Virus record (IMG/VR): IMGVR_UViG_3300037155_000096
Length of the DNA stretch: 64,000 nucleotides
DNA from: a virus
Direction: 5' to 3' (one strand)
The position numbers were made by a program, and so were the translations under genes. Within the stretch, counting starts at the first letter, position 1. Each line of letters begins with the position of its first letter. The notes beneath the pieces were generated by a model. It saw only the letters and a list, made by a program, of their open reading frames with translations. It was not told where the DNA came from and did no database searches. Positions 28,617-37,801 of the stretch are shown piece after piece.

Positions 28617-28885
28617 GCTGCTTTCTCCACGTTATATTCGTTGATTGAAACTATTCCAGCTAAACTGAAGTTTGTGCTCATGTGAGCATTCAATCCATCG
28701 ACATAACTTGGATCTTTAACAAAGAACTTCGGTAGGAATCCTGTTAGTATCTCCCTTAGATACGCTATTTCTTTCTTCATCTCGTAAACAGTTGCCTGTT
28801 CCTTCAGGAAGCCCATTTTCTTTTCTTCCTTTTTCTTCTGGTTCGGTGCCCAGCCACCTTTTCCGTTCGGCTTCGTCTTTGACAT
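28613..28885 (-). CDS. Hypothetical protein
   Basis: Coupled to GT9 start. Confidence 0.5.
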   Translation of the reverse strand: MSKTKPNGKGGWAPNQKKKEEKKMGFLKEQATVYEMKKEIAYLREILTGFLPKFFVKDPSYVDGLNAHMSTNFSLAGIVSINEYNVEKAA

Positions 28886-29285
28886 TCGACATACTCCTCA
28901 GATTTTTAGTTATTGGTATCATTTTATTATCACTACTGATCACAGCCCATTTTACTGGTCTGTTTGTCCAGATTACAGCTGGAACAAATTCTCTTTTCTC
29001 ATCGATGCACATGACTAAAACTTCTTCGCCTGATAGCAGGAAGTAATTGCCGTCAAAATCATATATAATCGGTCTGGGCAGGAACTTCTCCAGCTTGAGC
29101 TTCAGCATTTTCTTGTAATGCATATCCTTTCTTCCCTTGACCTGATTAAATGCCGTCAGCGGGATGTCCATATACAACGTGTACTTCCATTCGATAGGGG
29201 AGCCTTTGCCGGATTTCGACAGGACATTATATCTTGCGAGTGCTTCCTCTATGGTCTCCGTCGTTAATCCCTGATAAAATTCCAT
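28716..29285 (-). CDS. Hypothetical protein (possibly ParB-N-like fold)
   Basis: PRPII...YFLLSGE...VPAVI weakly ParB/Srx-like; first ORF after promoter copy 9. Confidence 0.5.
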   Translation of the reverse strand: MEFYQGLTTETIEEALARYNVLSKSGKGSPIEWKYTLYMDIPLTAFNQVKGRKDMHYKKMLKLKLEKFLPRPIIYDFDGNYFLLSGEEVLVMCIDEKREFVPAVIWTNRPVKWAVISSDNKMIPITKNLRSMSNVKDEAERKRWLGTEPEEKGRKENGLPEGTGNCLRDEERNSVSKGDTNRIPTEVLC

Positions 29286-29324
29286 GCTCTTGACATTCCG
29301 TTAAATAATGCGTAAAACTTTCAT

Positions 29325-29344
29325 ATTTCAAAAACCGTGCTAAG
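29325..29344 (-). promoter_or_regulatory. sigma54-like promoter variant copy 9
   Basis: cttagcacg-gttt-ttgaaat. Confidence 0.65.
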
Positions 29345-29383
29345 TTTTGTCTCAGATAAGAATGTCGGACTGCTGTTACTCCC

Positions 29384-29415
29384 TTGATTTTTCAAAACAA
29401 TTTGTCGTACATTTG
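29384..29415 (+). promoter_or_regulatory. FCB-type housekeeping promoter TTG-N21-TACATTTG
   Basis: TAnnTTTG at 29408..29415. Confidence 0.5.
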
Positions 29416-29441
29416 TGGTACAACATTCTGGAGTATTTACT

Positions 29442-29660
29442 ATGCCCAAGCGTCCGACAACTGACTATGCCGTCTACACTCAACGCCTTGATGTACGACT
29501 TAGACCGTCGACACGGCTTGAATTAGAGGCAGTCGCCCATGCTTCCAAGAAAGCTCTTTCATATATTGCCCGAGACATAATGGAGAAATCCGTTATACGT
29601 CGGTACAAGCGGTTAATCAGAAGACATCCCGAATATGCCATTCAGCCTGAAAATCTCTAA
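29442..29660 (+). CDS. Ribbon-helix-helix-like regulator
   Basis: RLDVRLRPSTRLELEAVA...LSYIARDIM; ggag RBS before ATG 29442. Confidence 0.6.
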   Translation: MPKRPTTDYAVYTQRLDVRLRPSTRLELEAVAHASKKALSYIARDIMEKSVIRRYKRLIRRHPEYAIQPENL

Positions 29661-29887
29661 GCAGGGGAGTGGTCTATCTGACAGAACTTACGGGGGGGCA
29701 CGTCGTGCCCCTTGCCCTTTTCCAGTTTCTTTTCTTCGTTATCGATGAAAAAACGCTTATTCCAATCCGTGAATGCCATCCTATCTAACCGGACACCCTT
29801 CTTGCATCCTTTTCGTTTCTGAGGTTTTCTGGACTTGTATTTGCCCATCACTCCCGACAGATCTTCATTTGAAAAACATTCTCCCAT
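29657..29887 (-). CDS. Basic hypothetical protein
   Basis: ORF with aggag RBS. Confidence 0.45.
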   Translation of the reverse strand: MGECFSNEDLSGVMGKYKSRKPQKRKGCKKGVRLDRMAFTDWNKRFFIDNEEKKLEKGKGHDVPPRKFCQIDHSPA

Positions 29888-29896
29888 GAAAACTCC

Positions 29897-30373
29897 TTAA
29901 ACTTGTTCCTGAAGCACCCTTGATATTTCGACGTCTTCTTTGCTATATCGTGCCTCCGCCTGACAAATATTCGGGAAGCACATGTTCTTTCTTACATGAG
30001 CACCAAGCTGAGCATCTGTGGCGTTTTCCACGAACAGTTTATTCAGTTCGATTGTCCCGTCCACCAGATCTAACCCAACTACTCGAATCTCAAGATCGTA
30101 GTATAATCCTTCGGCGCACATGCCAGCACCGAACCCGTCAAAGAATTCACCGTCAAGCTTAAATTCGTCCTTTTCCTCATCATAATTCGGAAGCAGTTTT
30201 GCCAGCTCTAATCCCTCCGGCTCGTCATCGAAATTTTCCGAGAAGAATTCAGCAAATACGTCCAGAGCATTGTTTCCATAGTAAAACAGCTCCAGGTAGT
30301 CCTTGTCATCCTCAAATCTTTTCGTATAGGACACACGGTAGAACGGTTTCGTAATCTTTTCGTCTGATCTCAT
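29897..30373 (-). CDS. Acidic hypothetical protein
   Basis: Likely start MRSDEK overlapping upstream stop. Confidence 0.6.
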   Translation of the reverse strand: MRSDEKITKPFYRVSYTKRFEDDKDYLELFYYGNNALDVFAEFFSENFDDEPEGLELAKLLPNYDEEKDEFKLDGEFFDGFGAGMCAEGLYYDLEIRVVGLDLVDGTIELNKLFVENATDAQLGAHVRKNMCFPNICQAEARYSKEDVEISRVLQEQV

Positions 30374-30771
30374 GCTTCCATCTCCCCGTATATAGTAAGT
30401 ACATGACATTCGTGACCGAAAAATTCCATGTCCTTGTCGTAATAATCCCATTTCCATCGGAAGTCTTCTCCGTTATATTTGAACAATGCGCTATCATGTT
30501 CTCCATAAGGATCATTGTCTTCATTAAAAACATCGAACCCGCCGACCAGACTTAATATTGCCTGCTGGTCTTGCAATGATTTGCTGAAAACACTTTTGCC
30601 GAATATTAACTGAGCCGAACCATTCCAGTTCACTCCTTCCATTACGGTATGCACTGTTTCGCCTGACGAGATCTCATAAGAACATAACTTCCTTCTGAGA
30701 GTATCGTTCAATGTCCTTAGCGCCTCAGTACTTATTTCAATTTCTTTCTTGATATCTAATTCATCCATCAT
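30370..30771 (-). CDS. DUF3768-family protein
   Basis: FDVFNEDNDPYGEHD...WKWDYYD...VLTI. Confidence 0.85.
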   Translation of the reverse strand: MMDELDIKKEIEISTEALRTLNDTLRRKLCSYEISSGETVHTVMEGVNWNGSAQLIFGKSVFSKSLQDQQAILSLVGGFDVFNEDNDPYGEHDSALFKYNGEDFRWKWDYYDKDMEFFGHECHVLTIYGEMEA

Positions 30772-30780
30772 AACTCCATT

Positions 30781-31485
30781 TTAGGTTGAGAACCAAATGA
30801 ACATATCATCCGAGTAACTGAACTCGGAATTAATTTTGTAACCGTAGCCAATCAGGATTTCTAACAATCTCTGCTTGGGAATAAACGTGTGGTGATACTT
30901 CCAGTTGAAGTGAGTCCATCTTTCATTTCTTGCCGCCTCAATGTTAGGACCGTAAATCATCACGTCAACTCCTTTCGGAAGTTTCTCCAGCAGTTCCAGA
31001 TGAAACGCCTTCGACTGGTGCTCTAAAAAATGACAGAAGGTGATTAGCGTGTTCCTGGATGAATCTAATTCGAGAAAATTATAAATCTTCGTGGTTTCGA
31101 TGAACGCCTTTGAATAAAGCAACTCACTCTGATAATCGTAAATCTCTCTGAAGGAATCTATGTGCTTACGGTAGACATAATCGATCCCGTCGAACACTAC
31201 GATGCTATTTACATGCGTATACGTTTCAAGTTTAGGGAAACCACCACCAAGAGCGTAGATTTTATCATAAAGCGAAGCTCGAAATTCCTTCAACTCTGCT
31301 TCACGTTCTTTCATCATGCCATTATAATGCACCAGATCGTTTTTCAGTCCCTGAATGGCATAGTCCTCATATCCCTGGATTATGTCGTCTGAGAACTGGT
31401 TCACCGGTTCCTTGAAAATAATTCCACCTTCCACTTGGAACATCGGGTTAATATCGTATTGCTCCACTATGGTTTCTCCGCGCAA
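30781..31485 (-). CDS. Class I SAM-dependent methyltransferase-like protein
   Basis: IYALGGG, VVFDG, TFCHFLEH, YGPN. Confidence 0.5.
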   Translation of the reverse strand: MRGETIVEQYDINPMFQVEGGIIFKEPVNQFSDDIIQGYEDYAIQGLKNDLVHYNGMMKEREAELKEFRASLYDKIYALGGGFPKLETYTHVNSIVVFDGIDYVYRKHIDSFREIYDYQSELLYSKAFIETTKIYNFLELDSSRNTLITFCHFLEHQSKAFHLELLEKLPKGVDVMIYGPNIEAARNERWTHFNWKYHHTFIPKQRLLEILIGYGYKINSEFSYSDDMFIWFST

Positions 31486-31877
31486 TCAGTTGCACCAGGC
31501 TCTATTTTCGTATTTGTAACAAGTTCCCCGACCTTAATTTCCCGTTTGATTTCAATTTGGAGTTCATACGCTTTGCCGTCAATGATTCTATAACCGGTAT
31601 GTTCTCCATAATCATCTGTCCAGATCCAGTCACCATTCTGAAACATGTGGGCCAGGTCAGGCACCCAATACTGTGCATCACTCCAATTCGTATAAGCATC
31701 AATCACATCGAGGGAATTCTGATCGTCAATCGAGAGGGCTTCCAGATCAAATCCATACTTGTGTATGCCTTGCCCATTCACATTCGTTTTCTTAACTTCT
31801 TCCTGGAGGGCAACAAACTCTGCTGCGAACTCCGGTTTTATCTCGGGGTTTTCTAATAGCGTAGTGTAGTGGCTCAT
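31467..31877 (-). CDS. Hypothetical protein
   Basis: ORF in run. Confidence 0.6.
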   Translation of the reverse strand: MSHYTTLLENPEIKPEFAAEFVALQEEVKKTNVNGQGIHKYGFDLEALSIDDQNSLDVIDAYTNWSDAQYWVPDLAHMFQNGDWIWTDDYGEHTGYRIIDGKAYELQIEIKREIKVGELVTNTKIEPGATDCAEKP

Positions 31878-32125
31878 ATAAACGCTCCGGGAAGAATGTC
31901 AATAATCTGATCCGCACTAATGCCGGTCATTGCAGTGATAACTCTCTGCATGTTAGGGTGCAATTCAGACCACCTGATACATTCACGAGAATCGGGATTA
32001 TATATCAGCATCGTGTTATCGGTGATAATCACGACATAGCCATTTTCGATAACCTCATTGACGCTCTTGCCGTCCAGATCTTCCCAGTGACTTAGCACTT
32101 TGTACTGATAGCTTTTGTGTCTCAT
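31874..32125 (-). CDS. Hypothetical protein
   Basis: 4-bp overlaps both sides. Confidence 0.55.
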   Translation of the reverse strand: MRHKSYQYKVLSHWEDLDGKSVNEVIENGYVVIITDNTMLIYNPDSRECIRWSELHPNMQRVITAMTGISADQIIDILPGAFI

Positions 32126-32571
32126 TCGAACTTCTCCTTTGAACCTTCCGGCTCGATATAATTTTTACCATCATAAATAATTGCATTCTCAATGTCGCCC
32201 TCACGTACAGGGCATAATATCCACTTGCTTGGATTTTCAGATTGTCGTTCAAGGCATATATCGAGCGGATAGATAATATGGTCAAACATGCCTTCAGGCA
32301 GATCATCCAATGTTTTGTTCATCACCTGATAACCAATAACCGGGCGTTTTCTGAACATCGGATCGATATATTCGATGTTGAACTTCTTCAGGGCATCTTC
32401 GTAATCGTCCGGATGAATGTTCTTGTTCTCGATATTGAGTTCATTCAGGAATATTTCGCTTAACTCAGCCGTCTGATCTCCATCAAGCGGTTCGCCATCC
32501 CATAGAAAAGCTAAATCCCTAGCACATTGCTGTATCACCTTATACGCCTTTCGAGTGTAAAGTCCTTTCAT
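32122..32571 (-). CDS. Hypothetical protein
   Basis: 4-bp overlaps. Confidence 0.6.
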   Translation of the reverse strand: MKGLYTRKAYKVIQQCARDLAFLWDGEPLDGDQTAELSEIFLNELNIENKNIHPDDYEDALKKFNIEYIDPMFRKRPVIGYQVMNKTLDDLPEGMFDHIIYPLDICLERQSENPSKWILCPVREGDIENAIIYDGKNYIEPEGSKEKFE

Positions 32572-33041
32572 TTTTTCAAGTCCTTATTACGTTTCGGATA
32601 GTTAAACAAACCTTTCGGCGGAGTGGAATCCCTGACTTTTTTGCCACCATTCAGGACGTACGGATCTATCATTTGAAACGTAGATTCCGTTAAATCTTTC
32701 ATCGTCCTTTCATTCATAAGATATGCCATACCAAGCTCCCAATTCATTTTTGCTGAGCGTGTGGCAAGTTCAGATCTTTTAATAAACGTCATAATCTCAG
32801 CGTTCTTGCATGACTGCCAGAAGCCGATGTTACCATCTTCATACAGGAAGGCGTTGATAACACCCTGAAGTGTCATCTTCTGCTTGTAATATTGCTTCAA
32901 CGCCTGAAGAACTATGCAAGTCTTATCATGTGTACGATGCCACTTAAACAGGTGGGCCAGGAATAATTTCTCCTCATAGGGAAGAACCTCAAATTTCGTA
33001 GTGAATTCCGCTGGCAATTTATCTTCTGCCATAATCATCAT
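32568..33041 (-). CDS. Hypothetical protein
   Basis: ORF in run. Confidence 0.6.
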   Translation of the reverse strand: MMIMAEDKLPAEFTTKFEVLPYEEKLFLAHLFKWHRTHDKTCIVLQALKQYYKQKMTLQGVINAFLYEDGNIGFWQSCKNAEIMTFIKRSELATRSAKMNWELGMAYLMNERTMKDLTESTFQMIDPYVLNGGKKVRDSTPPKGLFNYPKRNKDLKK

Positions 33042-33285
33042 CCTCGTTTTCTAATACCATTGGCAGATCAGACAATAACTGTCTGTACGTTTGTTCGGAA
33101 GAAAGTCCATCTGCATAATAATTTCTTAACTGTTCGTCATTAAATTGTTCGAGATACTGAGCGCCATCGACACACTGGACATCCTCACAATATTTGAGAA
33201 CTTCCATGTACCAGTCGAGATACTTGTCGCTATCCCGCCGAAGGTTTCGTTTTTCGTTTATTTTCGCTGTTTCCATTTGTCCCAT
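33019..33285 (-). CDS. Hypothetical protein
   Basis: ORF in run. Confidence 0.55.
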   Translation of the reverse strand: MGQMETAKINEKRNLRRDSDKYLDWYMEVLKYCEDVQCVDGAQYLEQFNDEQLRNYYADGLSSEQTYRQLLSDLPMVLENEDDDYGRR

Positions 33286-33311
33286 AATGTATCTTATGTA
33301 AACTTACAATT

Positions 33312-33446
33312 CTATTGTGACTGCAAACACTCCCCTTCTCGCGCTACAATTTTCTCCACTTTCTTATGACCGTAAACTATCAAAGTAGCCCACGGCTCGT
33401 ACAATGTTAGTACCCGCATCTTATCCCTAAATGTTAGTACCCGCAT
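33312..33446 (-). pseudogene. ASCH-domain 5' fragment with 27-bp tandem duplication
   Basis: MRVLTLYEPWATLIVYGHKKVE then unrelated tail; duplication 33403..33429/33430..33456. Confidence 0.7.
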
Positions 33447-33483
33447 CTTATCCCTAATTGGTTATAAAATTGTTGTATGATTT

Positions 33484-33504
33484 ACTTTCAAATCCCGTGC
33501 TAAG
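33484..33504 (-). promoter_or_regulatory. sigma54-like promoter variant copy 10
   Basis: cttagcacg-ggat-ttgaaagt. Confidence 0.7.
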
Positions 33505-33535
33505 AAAAAATAAAGGCAGACCGGAATTTCACCAA

Positions 33536-33742
33536 TCACTTAATTTCCTTATAAAGTATCATAGCTGAGAAATACTCCCACGTACAGACTGCTCCTTTAT
33601 ATATCCCTATGGCATACTTGATATCCAATACTTCTACGATTGTCTCTTCATCGAGCCATTCCTGTACGGCATTTCCTAAGTTCTCAGCCGAAGCCATCGT
33701 AATTGTATGAATCTTAATTTCATTCGATTTCGTTGGAATCAT
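33536..33742 (-). CDS. Small protein (Cse60-like)
   Basis: LGNAVQEWL...VLDIKY. Confidence 0.45.
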   Translation of the reverse strand: MIPTKSNEIKIHTITMASAENLGNAVQEWLDEETIVEVLDIKYAIGIYKGAVCTWEYFSAMILYKEIK

Positions 33743-34218
33743 GACGGTACTTCTTTATCCTTAGCAAGTATTGGCAGTTCGACTTCCTTTACAGGAATAG
33801 AGAACTGGTTTGCCAGAAACTGTTTGAGCGAATCTACGCTTCCATCAGCCTCCATGAATTCGTCATATACCTTTTCGAAGGTTGCTTTACCAGCATCAAA
33901 ATCATTGAGAGCCTTCACTACCCTGCAATCCTTTGGCTTATGCTCCCCATGCCATAGTCGAATATAATCGATAATCTCATTGGACTGGTCTTCCTCGAAG
34001 ATAACTCCCTGATAGTTCTCGTCTCCGAGTGGCTCCCCGAAGAATCCCACCAAATCATTGGCAAATTTCTCTACTGCTTCCTTATCCGGACCTTTATACG
34101 TAGCAATGCCCTCCCCTGTCGCCAGAGAATATACATCCACTTCGTTTATTTCGCCGTCAAGAACTCTCTGAACTACGATTGTTTCATCGTTATACTTGTA
34201 ATGCGCTGAGGACATCAT
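33739..34218 (-). CDS. Acidic hypothetical protein
   Basis: aaggaagg RBS. Confidence 0.6.
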   Translation of the reverse strand: MMSSAHYKYNDETIVVQRVLDGEINEVDVYSLATGEGIATYKGPDKEAVEKFANDLVGFFGEPLGDENYQGVIFEEDQSNEIIDYIRLWHGEHKPKDCRVVKALNDFDAGKATFEKVYDEFMEADGSVDSLKQFLANQFSIPVKEVELPILAKDKEVPS

Positions 34219-34243
34219 GCTAATACCTTCCTTTTAATTTCAT

Positions 34244-34519
34244 TTAATCATCTACCGTGACAGCAAAATGGCTTACACTCCATCCTATCGTCTCAAACAT
34301 TTGCTTCAGTAATGATTCGATTTTACATTTTGTTGATTCATTCGTATCATCTTCCGGATCATTCATGATTTTGGTTAGGACACTAACCTCATATATCCTC
34401 TGGTTTGTGCCGTCATTCAGTGGATCTCCCGTCTCCCAGACATTATATCCTGCTATTCTATCCAGAACATCACTATCAATCTCATCGAGTTTGAAAAATG
34501 CTATTTTACCGAAAGTCAT
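34244..34519 (-). CDS. Hypothetical protein
   Basis: Likely start MTFGK overlapping upstream stop. Confidence 0.55.
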   Translation of the reverse strand: MTFGKIAFFKLDEIDSDVLDRIAGYNVWETGDPLNDGTNQRIYEVSVLTKIMNDPEDDTNESTKCKIESLLKQMFETIGWSVSHFAVTVDD

Positions 34520-35238
34520 GATGTCGCCTTTAATTTTAGTTTTACTTTTCCGCCTACAGCCATAACTACCTGCGTCGTGCAAAGGTGTGGCTCTTTTAAT
34601 ACTATCGGGATCTCTTTATGACAGAATTCACATGGTATCGTTACTTCATCCCCGCCTTTCATATCAGGGGAAGAAATATCTTCCACACCATGAATAAAAT
34701 CAGGTACTATTTCCAAAAACTTTGCCGGAGCCTTATTCTCCATGCTTATCTTATCTCCAGCCCAATGTCCGACCAAATACATACTGGAGCCGTGGTAATC
34801 TCCGCTGCCTCTATTATTCCCACTCGCTGTTAGCAGCGGAAGCGGATGTATCTGTAATCCGTCTATTTCTGCTGGAACCGCCTCAAGATCTACGTACTCC
34901 TGTTTTGTGTGGTTCACAATGAACATGAATCCAGATATAGAAGTTGCTTTTACTTTTCTTGGTGTCTTAAATTTCCTGGCTATATGATTCAGGTTGGTCG
35001 CTTTTTCCGCAGCACGGATCTCCGCCACCGTCATGAAGGCGTCGGCATCACCATAATCGCCAGCCCAAACGAGCGGTTGCTTATACCAGCCGTGTTTCGG
35101 TCTGAGCAGAACCTCCACCGCCGCAACGAATTCATTATCGACGAACCCATGCTCCATCAGTTTACCGCCATTCTCATAATCATGCGGGAACATTGCTTCC
35201 CGTTTCTCGGGATTTACCGCTATATATGTCTGTCCCAT
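34516..35238 (-). CDS. Phage-type conserved protein
   Basis: MGQ.Y..VN...KLMEH...VWAGDY...IHPLPLLTA.GN.RG.GDY. Confidence 0.7.
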   Translation of the reverse strand: MGQTYIAVNPEKREAMFPHDYENGGKLMEHGFVDNEFVAAVEVLLRPKHGWYKQPLVWAGDYGDADAFMTVAEIRAAEKATNLNHIARKFKTPRKVKATSISGFMFIVNHTKQEYVDLEAVPAEIDGLQIHPLPLLTASGNNRGSGDYHGSSMYLVGHWAGDKISMENKAPAKFLEIVPDFIHGVEDISSPDMKGGDEVTIPCEFCHKEIPIVLKEPHLCTTQVVMAVGGKVKLKLKATS

Positions 35239-35374
35239 TATCTCGTCCTCTCTAATTTATCCATTAACTCTTTGGCATACTTCTCGATTTCTTCTTCAGG
35301 AACACACATTGCTTTAAGAAATGCAAGAAAGTCATCCCAACGTTCTTCAATATAAATCTTTACTAAATCCATTA

Positions 35375-35788
35375 TTATCTCATCGGATATTCTTTATCGT
35401 ACAATTCAAACTGATACTCATTCGAGATTTTATACGCACTTTTCGTCCCCCAAAACGTTAATCTTTCGAATAGCCAGTTTATCTGCCTCTCGTTCCTGGG
35501 CAGCGGAACCTGCAGGGGACACTGAGTCGCCTTATTAAAACAGCCCTTATGGTCAATAAACAGCGTGACCGGACCTTCATCTTCTCTTTTGCCCAGGAAT
35601 CCATAGATTCCATGACCGGTAATCTTATAGCAGTCATCGCCTTCGGAGACCACATCATAGTTCGCTTTTTTGAGCATGGCCACCATCTCATCGATAGTGA
35701 CTTCTACATTCCGTTTCCTTGGTTCAAACGATTTCGGATCCAATTCAAAATCCACAGCATCCAGATCTTTGCCATTTTTATACATCAC
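35375..35788 (-). CDS. Hypothetical protein
   Basis: Coupled to HD gene. Confidence 0.6.
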   Translation of the reverse strand: MMYKNGKDLDAVDFELDPKSFEPRKRNVEVTIDEMVAMLKKANYDVVSEGDDCYKITGHGIYGFLGKREDEGPVTLFIDHKGCFNKATQCPLQVPLPRNERQINWLFERLTFWGTKSAYKISNEYQFELYDKEYPMR

Positions 35789-36309
35789 GCTGACTCCCTC
35801 ACTTCCAATTCTTTACTCATATACATATCCAGAAGCGCCCACATTTCCTGATGCAGATCTCCGAACTGCAGCATTGCCTTGAATAGCGCATACTGTTTCT
35901 TATACGAGTTGAAAAACTTCTCGTTATGAAACGCCCAACTTCTACGGACATTGGCAATTCTATCAGCAAGTTTCAGCTGAACAGCCTTCTGACATTCCGC
36001 AGTTTTGGTATACGTTCTCACCAGTGACTCCTTCTTGTCCTTTCCAGGCTCATTCGTAACTCGCCATACGATTTCAGAGACTTCATCGCCGAAATACTTG
36101 GCTATCAGCTTCCGAGTCACCTGAGTGTCCTCTACGGCGTCATGGAGCCAGGCAGCAACCAATATCGGTTCGTCCGTTACACCAAATTCGTCCAGAAGGA
36201 TCTCATAAACGTTGTTCAGATGTTCCGAGTAAGGCAACCCATCCCCGTATTTCTGTTTAGCATGGAGCATTTCTGCCACCATTTTAGCATTTTTAATATT
36301 TTCTGTCAT
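35785..36309 (-). CDS. RelA/SpoT-type HD hydrolase (small alarmone hydrolase-like)
   Basis: PYSEHL...V, AWLHDAVEDT, VTN, KLADRIANV. Confidence 0.85.
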   Translation of the reverse strand: MTENIKNAKMVAEMLHAKQKYGDGLPYSEHLNNVYEILLDEFGVTDEPILVAAWLHDAVEDTQVTRKLIAKYFGDEVSEIVWRVTNEPGKDKKESLVRTYTKTAECQKAVQLKLADRIANVRRSWAFHNEKFFNSYKKQYALFKAMLQFGDLHQEMWALLDMYMSKELEVRESA

Positions 36310-37160
36310 ACTACATCCTTTGGATACTCCCGAATCTTTAGATGCTCGGGAAAATCCTCTATATTTCTAATTACTTTATCTTCCCCTGATAATTGCTTAA
36401 CGAATAGCGGCGTCTTGTTCATCTGGCAAGCCTCCCTGATGTCGTTTATCCAACTTACCGGACAATCCCTTCTCGAAGTACCAGATTCGCAGCCGACTAC
36501 CACCCAATCTATGCGCTGTAGCCCGCCGCTTCTGGGGAAATCTTTCGCCATTTTCAGACATCCACCGCACCTGCATAATGTATCGCCCAATGTTTTGGAT
36601 TGCAGGTCGATTCTGGATAACATTGGCTCAATACTTACCCACCTTAAAGCCACCGGCATCTGCATGAGTATCAGAATTCTTTTGTCTGCCATTTCCTGAT
36701 CCTCAGCCGTAACACCGAACCATAAATTCTTCATTCCGGATTTGTACCATGCTTCAAAACTTGAACTTGCAACATGCTTGGTCATCCAATCCGCCAGATA
36801 CGCATAAAACTCCAAAGCTCTCTCAGGTCTTTTCGTAAGCACCTGAAACGTATGCTTCGGACATCTTGCCATCGTAGCATACACTCTGAAAATAAATTCA
36901 AACGGGACGTCCTCGTGAAATAAATCAGACATCGAATTAACAAAAATCTTTCGTGGCTTCTGCCACCTGTAAGGGATCTCCAATTTATCGGTGTGGCACT
37001 TGACATCCGTAAATTTCCTGTCGTCCTTGCCGAACTCGCCGAGCCTTCTTTTGGCATAATTCTCTGCATAGCAGTGTTTACAGCCGGCACTTACCTTGTC
37101 GCAACCAGTAACGGGATTCCAGGAACTGTTAGTCCATGCAATTTCGCTTTTACTTCCCAT
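36306..37160 (-). CDS. DUF5131 (phage Gp37/Gp68) radical-SAM-like protein
   Basis: WNPVTGCDKVSAGCKHCYAE, FVNSMSDLFH, SIEPML, WVVVGCESG. Confidence 0.9.
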   Translation of the reverse strand: MGSKSEIAWTNSSWNPVTGCDKVSAGCKHCYAENYAKRRLGEFGKDDRKFTDVKCHTDKLEIPYRWQKPRKIFVNSMSDLFHEDVPFEFIFRVYATMARCPKHTFQVLTKRPERALEFYAYLADWMTKHVASSSFEAWYKSGMKNLWFGVTAEDQEMADKRILILMQMPVALRWVSIEPMLSRIDLQSKTLGDTLCRCGGCLKMAKDFPRSGGLQRIDWVVVGCESGTSRRDCPVSWINDIREACQMNKTPLFVKQLSGEDKVIRNIEDFPEHLKIREYPKDVV

Positions 37161-37164
37161 TATT

Positions 37165-37728
37165 TTACATGCACTCCTTTATAACTTCGCTTTCAATTTC
37201 TTTCATGGATGTCCACGGAATCATGGTTTCTCCCTGCTGATCTATCAGATAAATCGGAATCTTTAATTCCTGAGCTATTCTGATTTCGCTATCAACGCCA
37301 CCCGACGTATCCCATCCTGGCATGGTTACAATAATCATTTTGCTCGATACGCTTAAATACGCCCGGCAGAAGTTCTCCCAGAACTGCCAATCAGTCGGTA
37401 GAGAATAAGCAAATGCAATCGAGTGTGCATGAGCTATCGGCGAAAATATCGTGTAGCCTTTGTTCATAAGTACCCCAGCTACTCTACTTGCGTCCATCGC
37501 TCGTTTATCCCTGACCATTGAATCCGGATCTGAGTACGGAGAGGACAAATAAATCAAGGGTTTACCGAACTCCTGTTCCAATCCTTTCAGTTTCTCTTCT
37601 TCAAACACAGGCATTATTTTTTTCTCCCCATGAAAATCTTCACGTTGTTCCATTGTAACTGAACAAATGCCACACCGCCGAGCCTTATTAAATCCAAAAG
37701 GTTCACATGGGCAAGGTGGTCCGGGCAC
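37165..37728 (-). CDS. DUF1937 / nucleoside deoxyribosyltransferase-like protein
   Basis: IYLSSPYS, FSPIAHAH, W..SGGV..EI..A; start may be 37614. Confidence 0.75.
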   Translation of the reverse strand: MPGPPCPCEPFGFNKARRCGICSVTMEQREDFHGEKKIMPVFEEEKLKGLEQEFGKPLIYLSSPYSDPDSMVRDKRAMDASRVAGVLMNKGYTIFSPIAHAHSIAFAYSLPTDWQFWENFCRAYLSVSSKMIIVTMPGWDTSGGVDSEIRIAQELKIPIYLIDQQGETMIPWTSMKEIESEVIKECM

Positions 37729-37801
37729 AATCCGAGATAGTGCATTATCGATTCGATCATTGTCGTAACTTGATTTGTTAAAAAATATGTTATGAGGGAT
37801 A

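Noticed and set aside
223-37184. Many plus-strand ORFs in the backbone (e.g. 567..917, 4034..4417, 16309..17034, 36142..36699)
   Set aside because: Antisense shadows of better-supported minus-strand genes; no recognisable motifs
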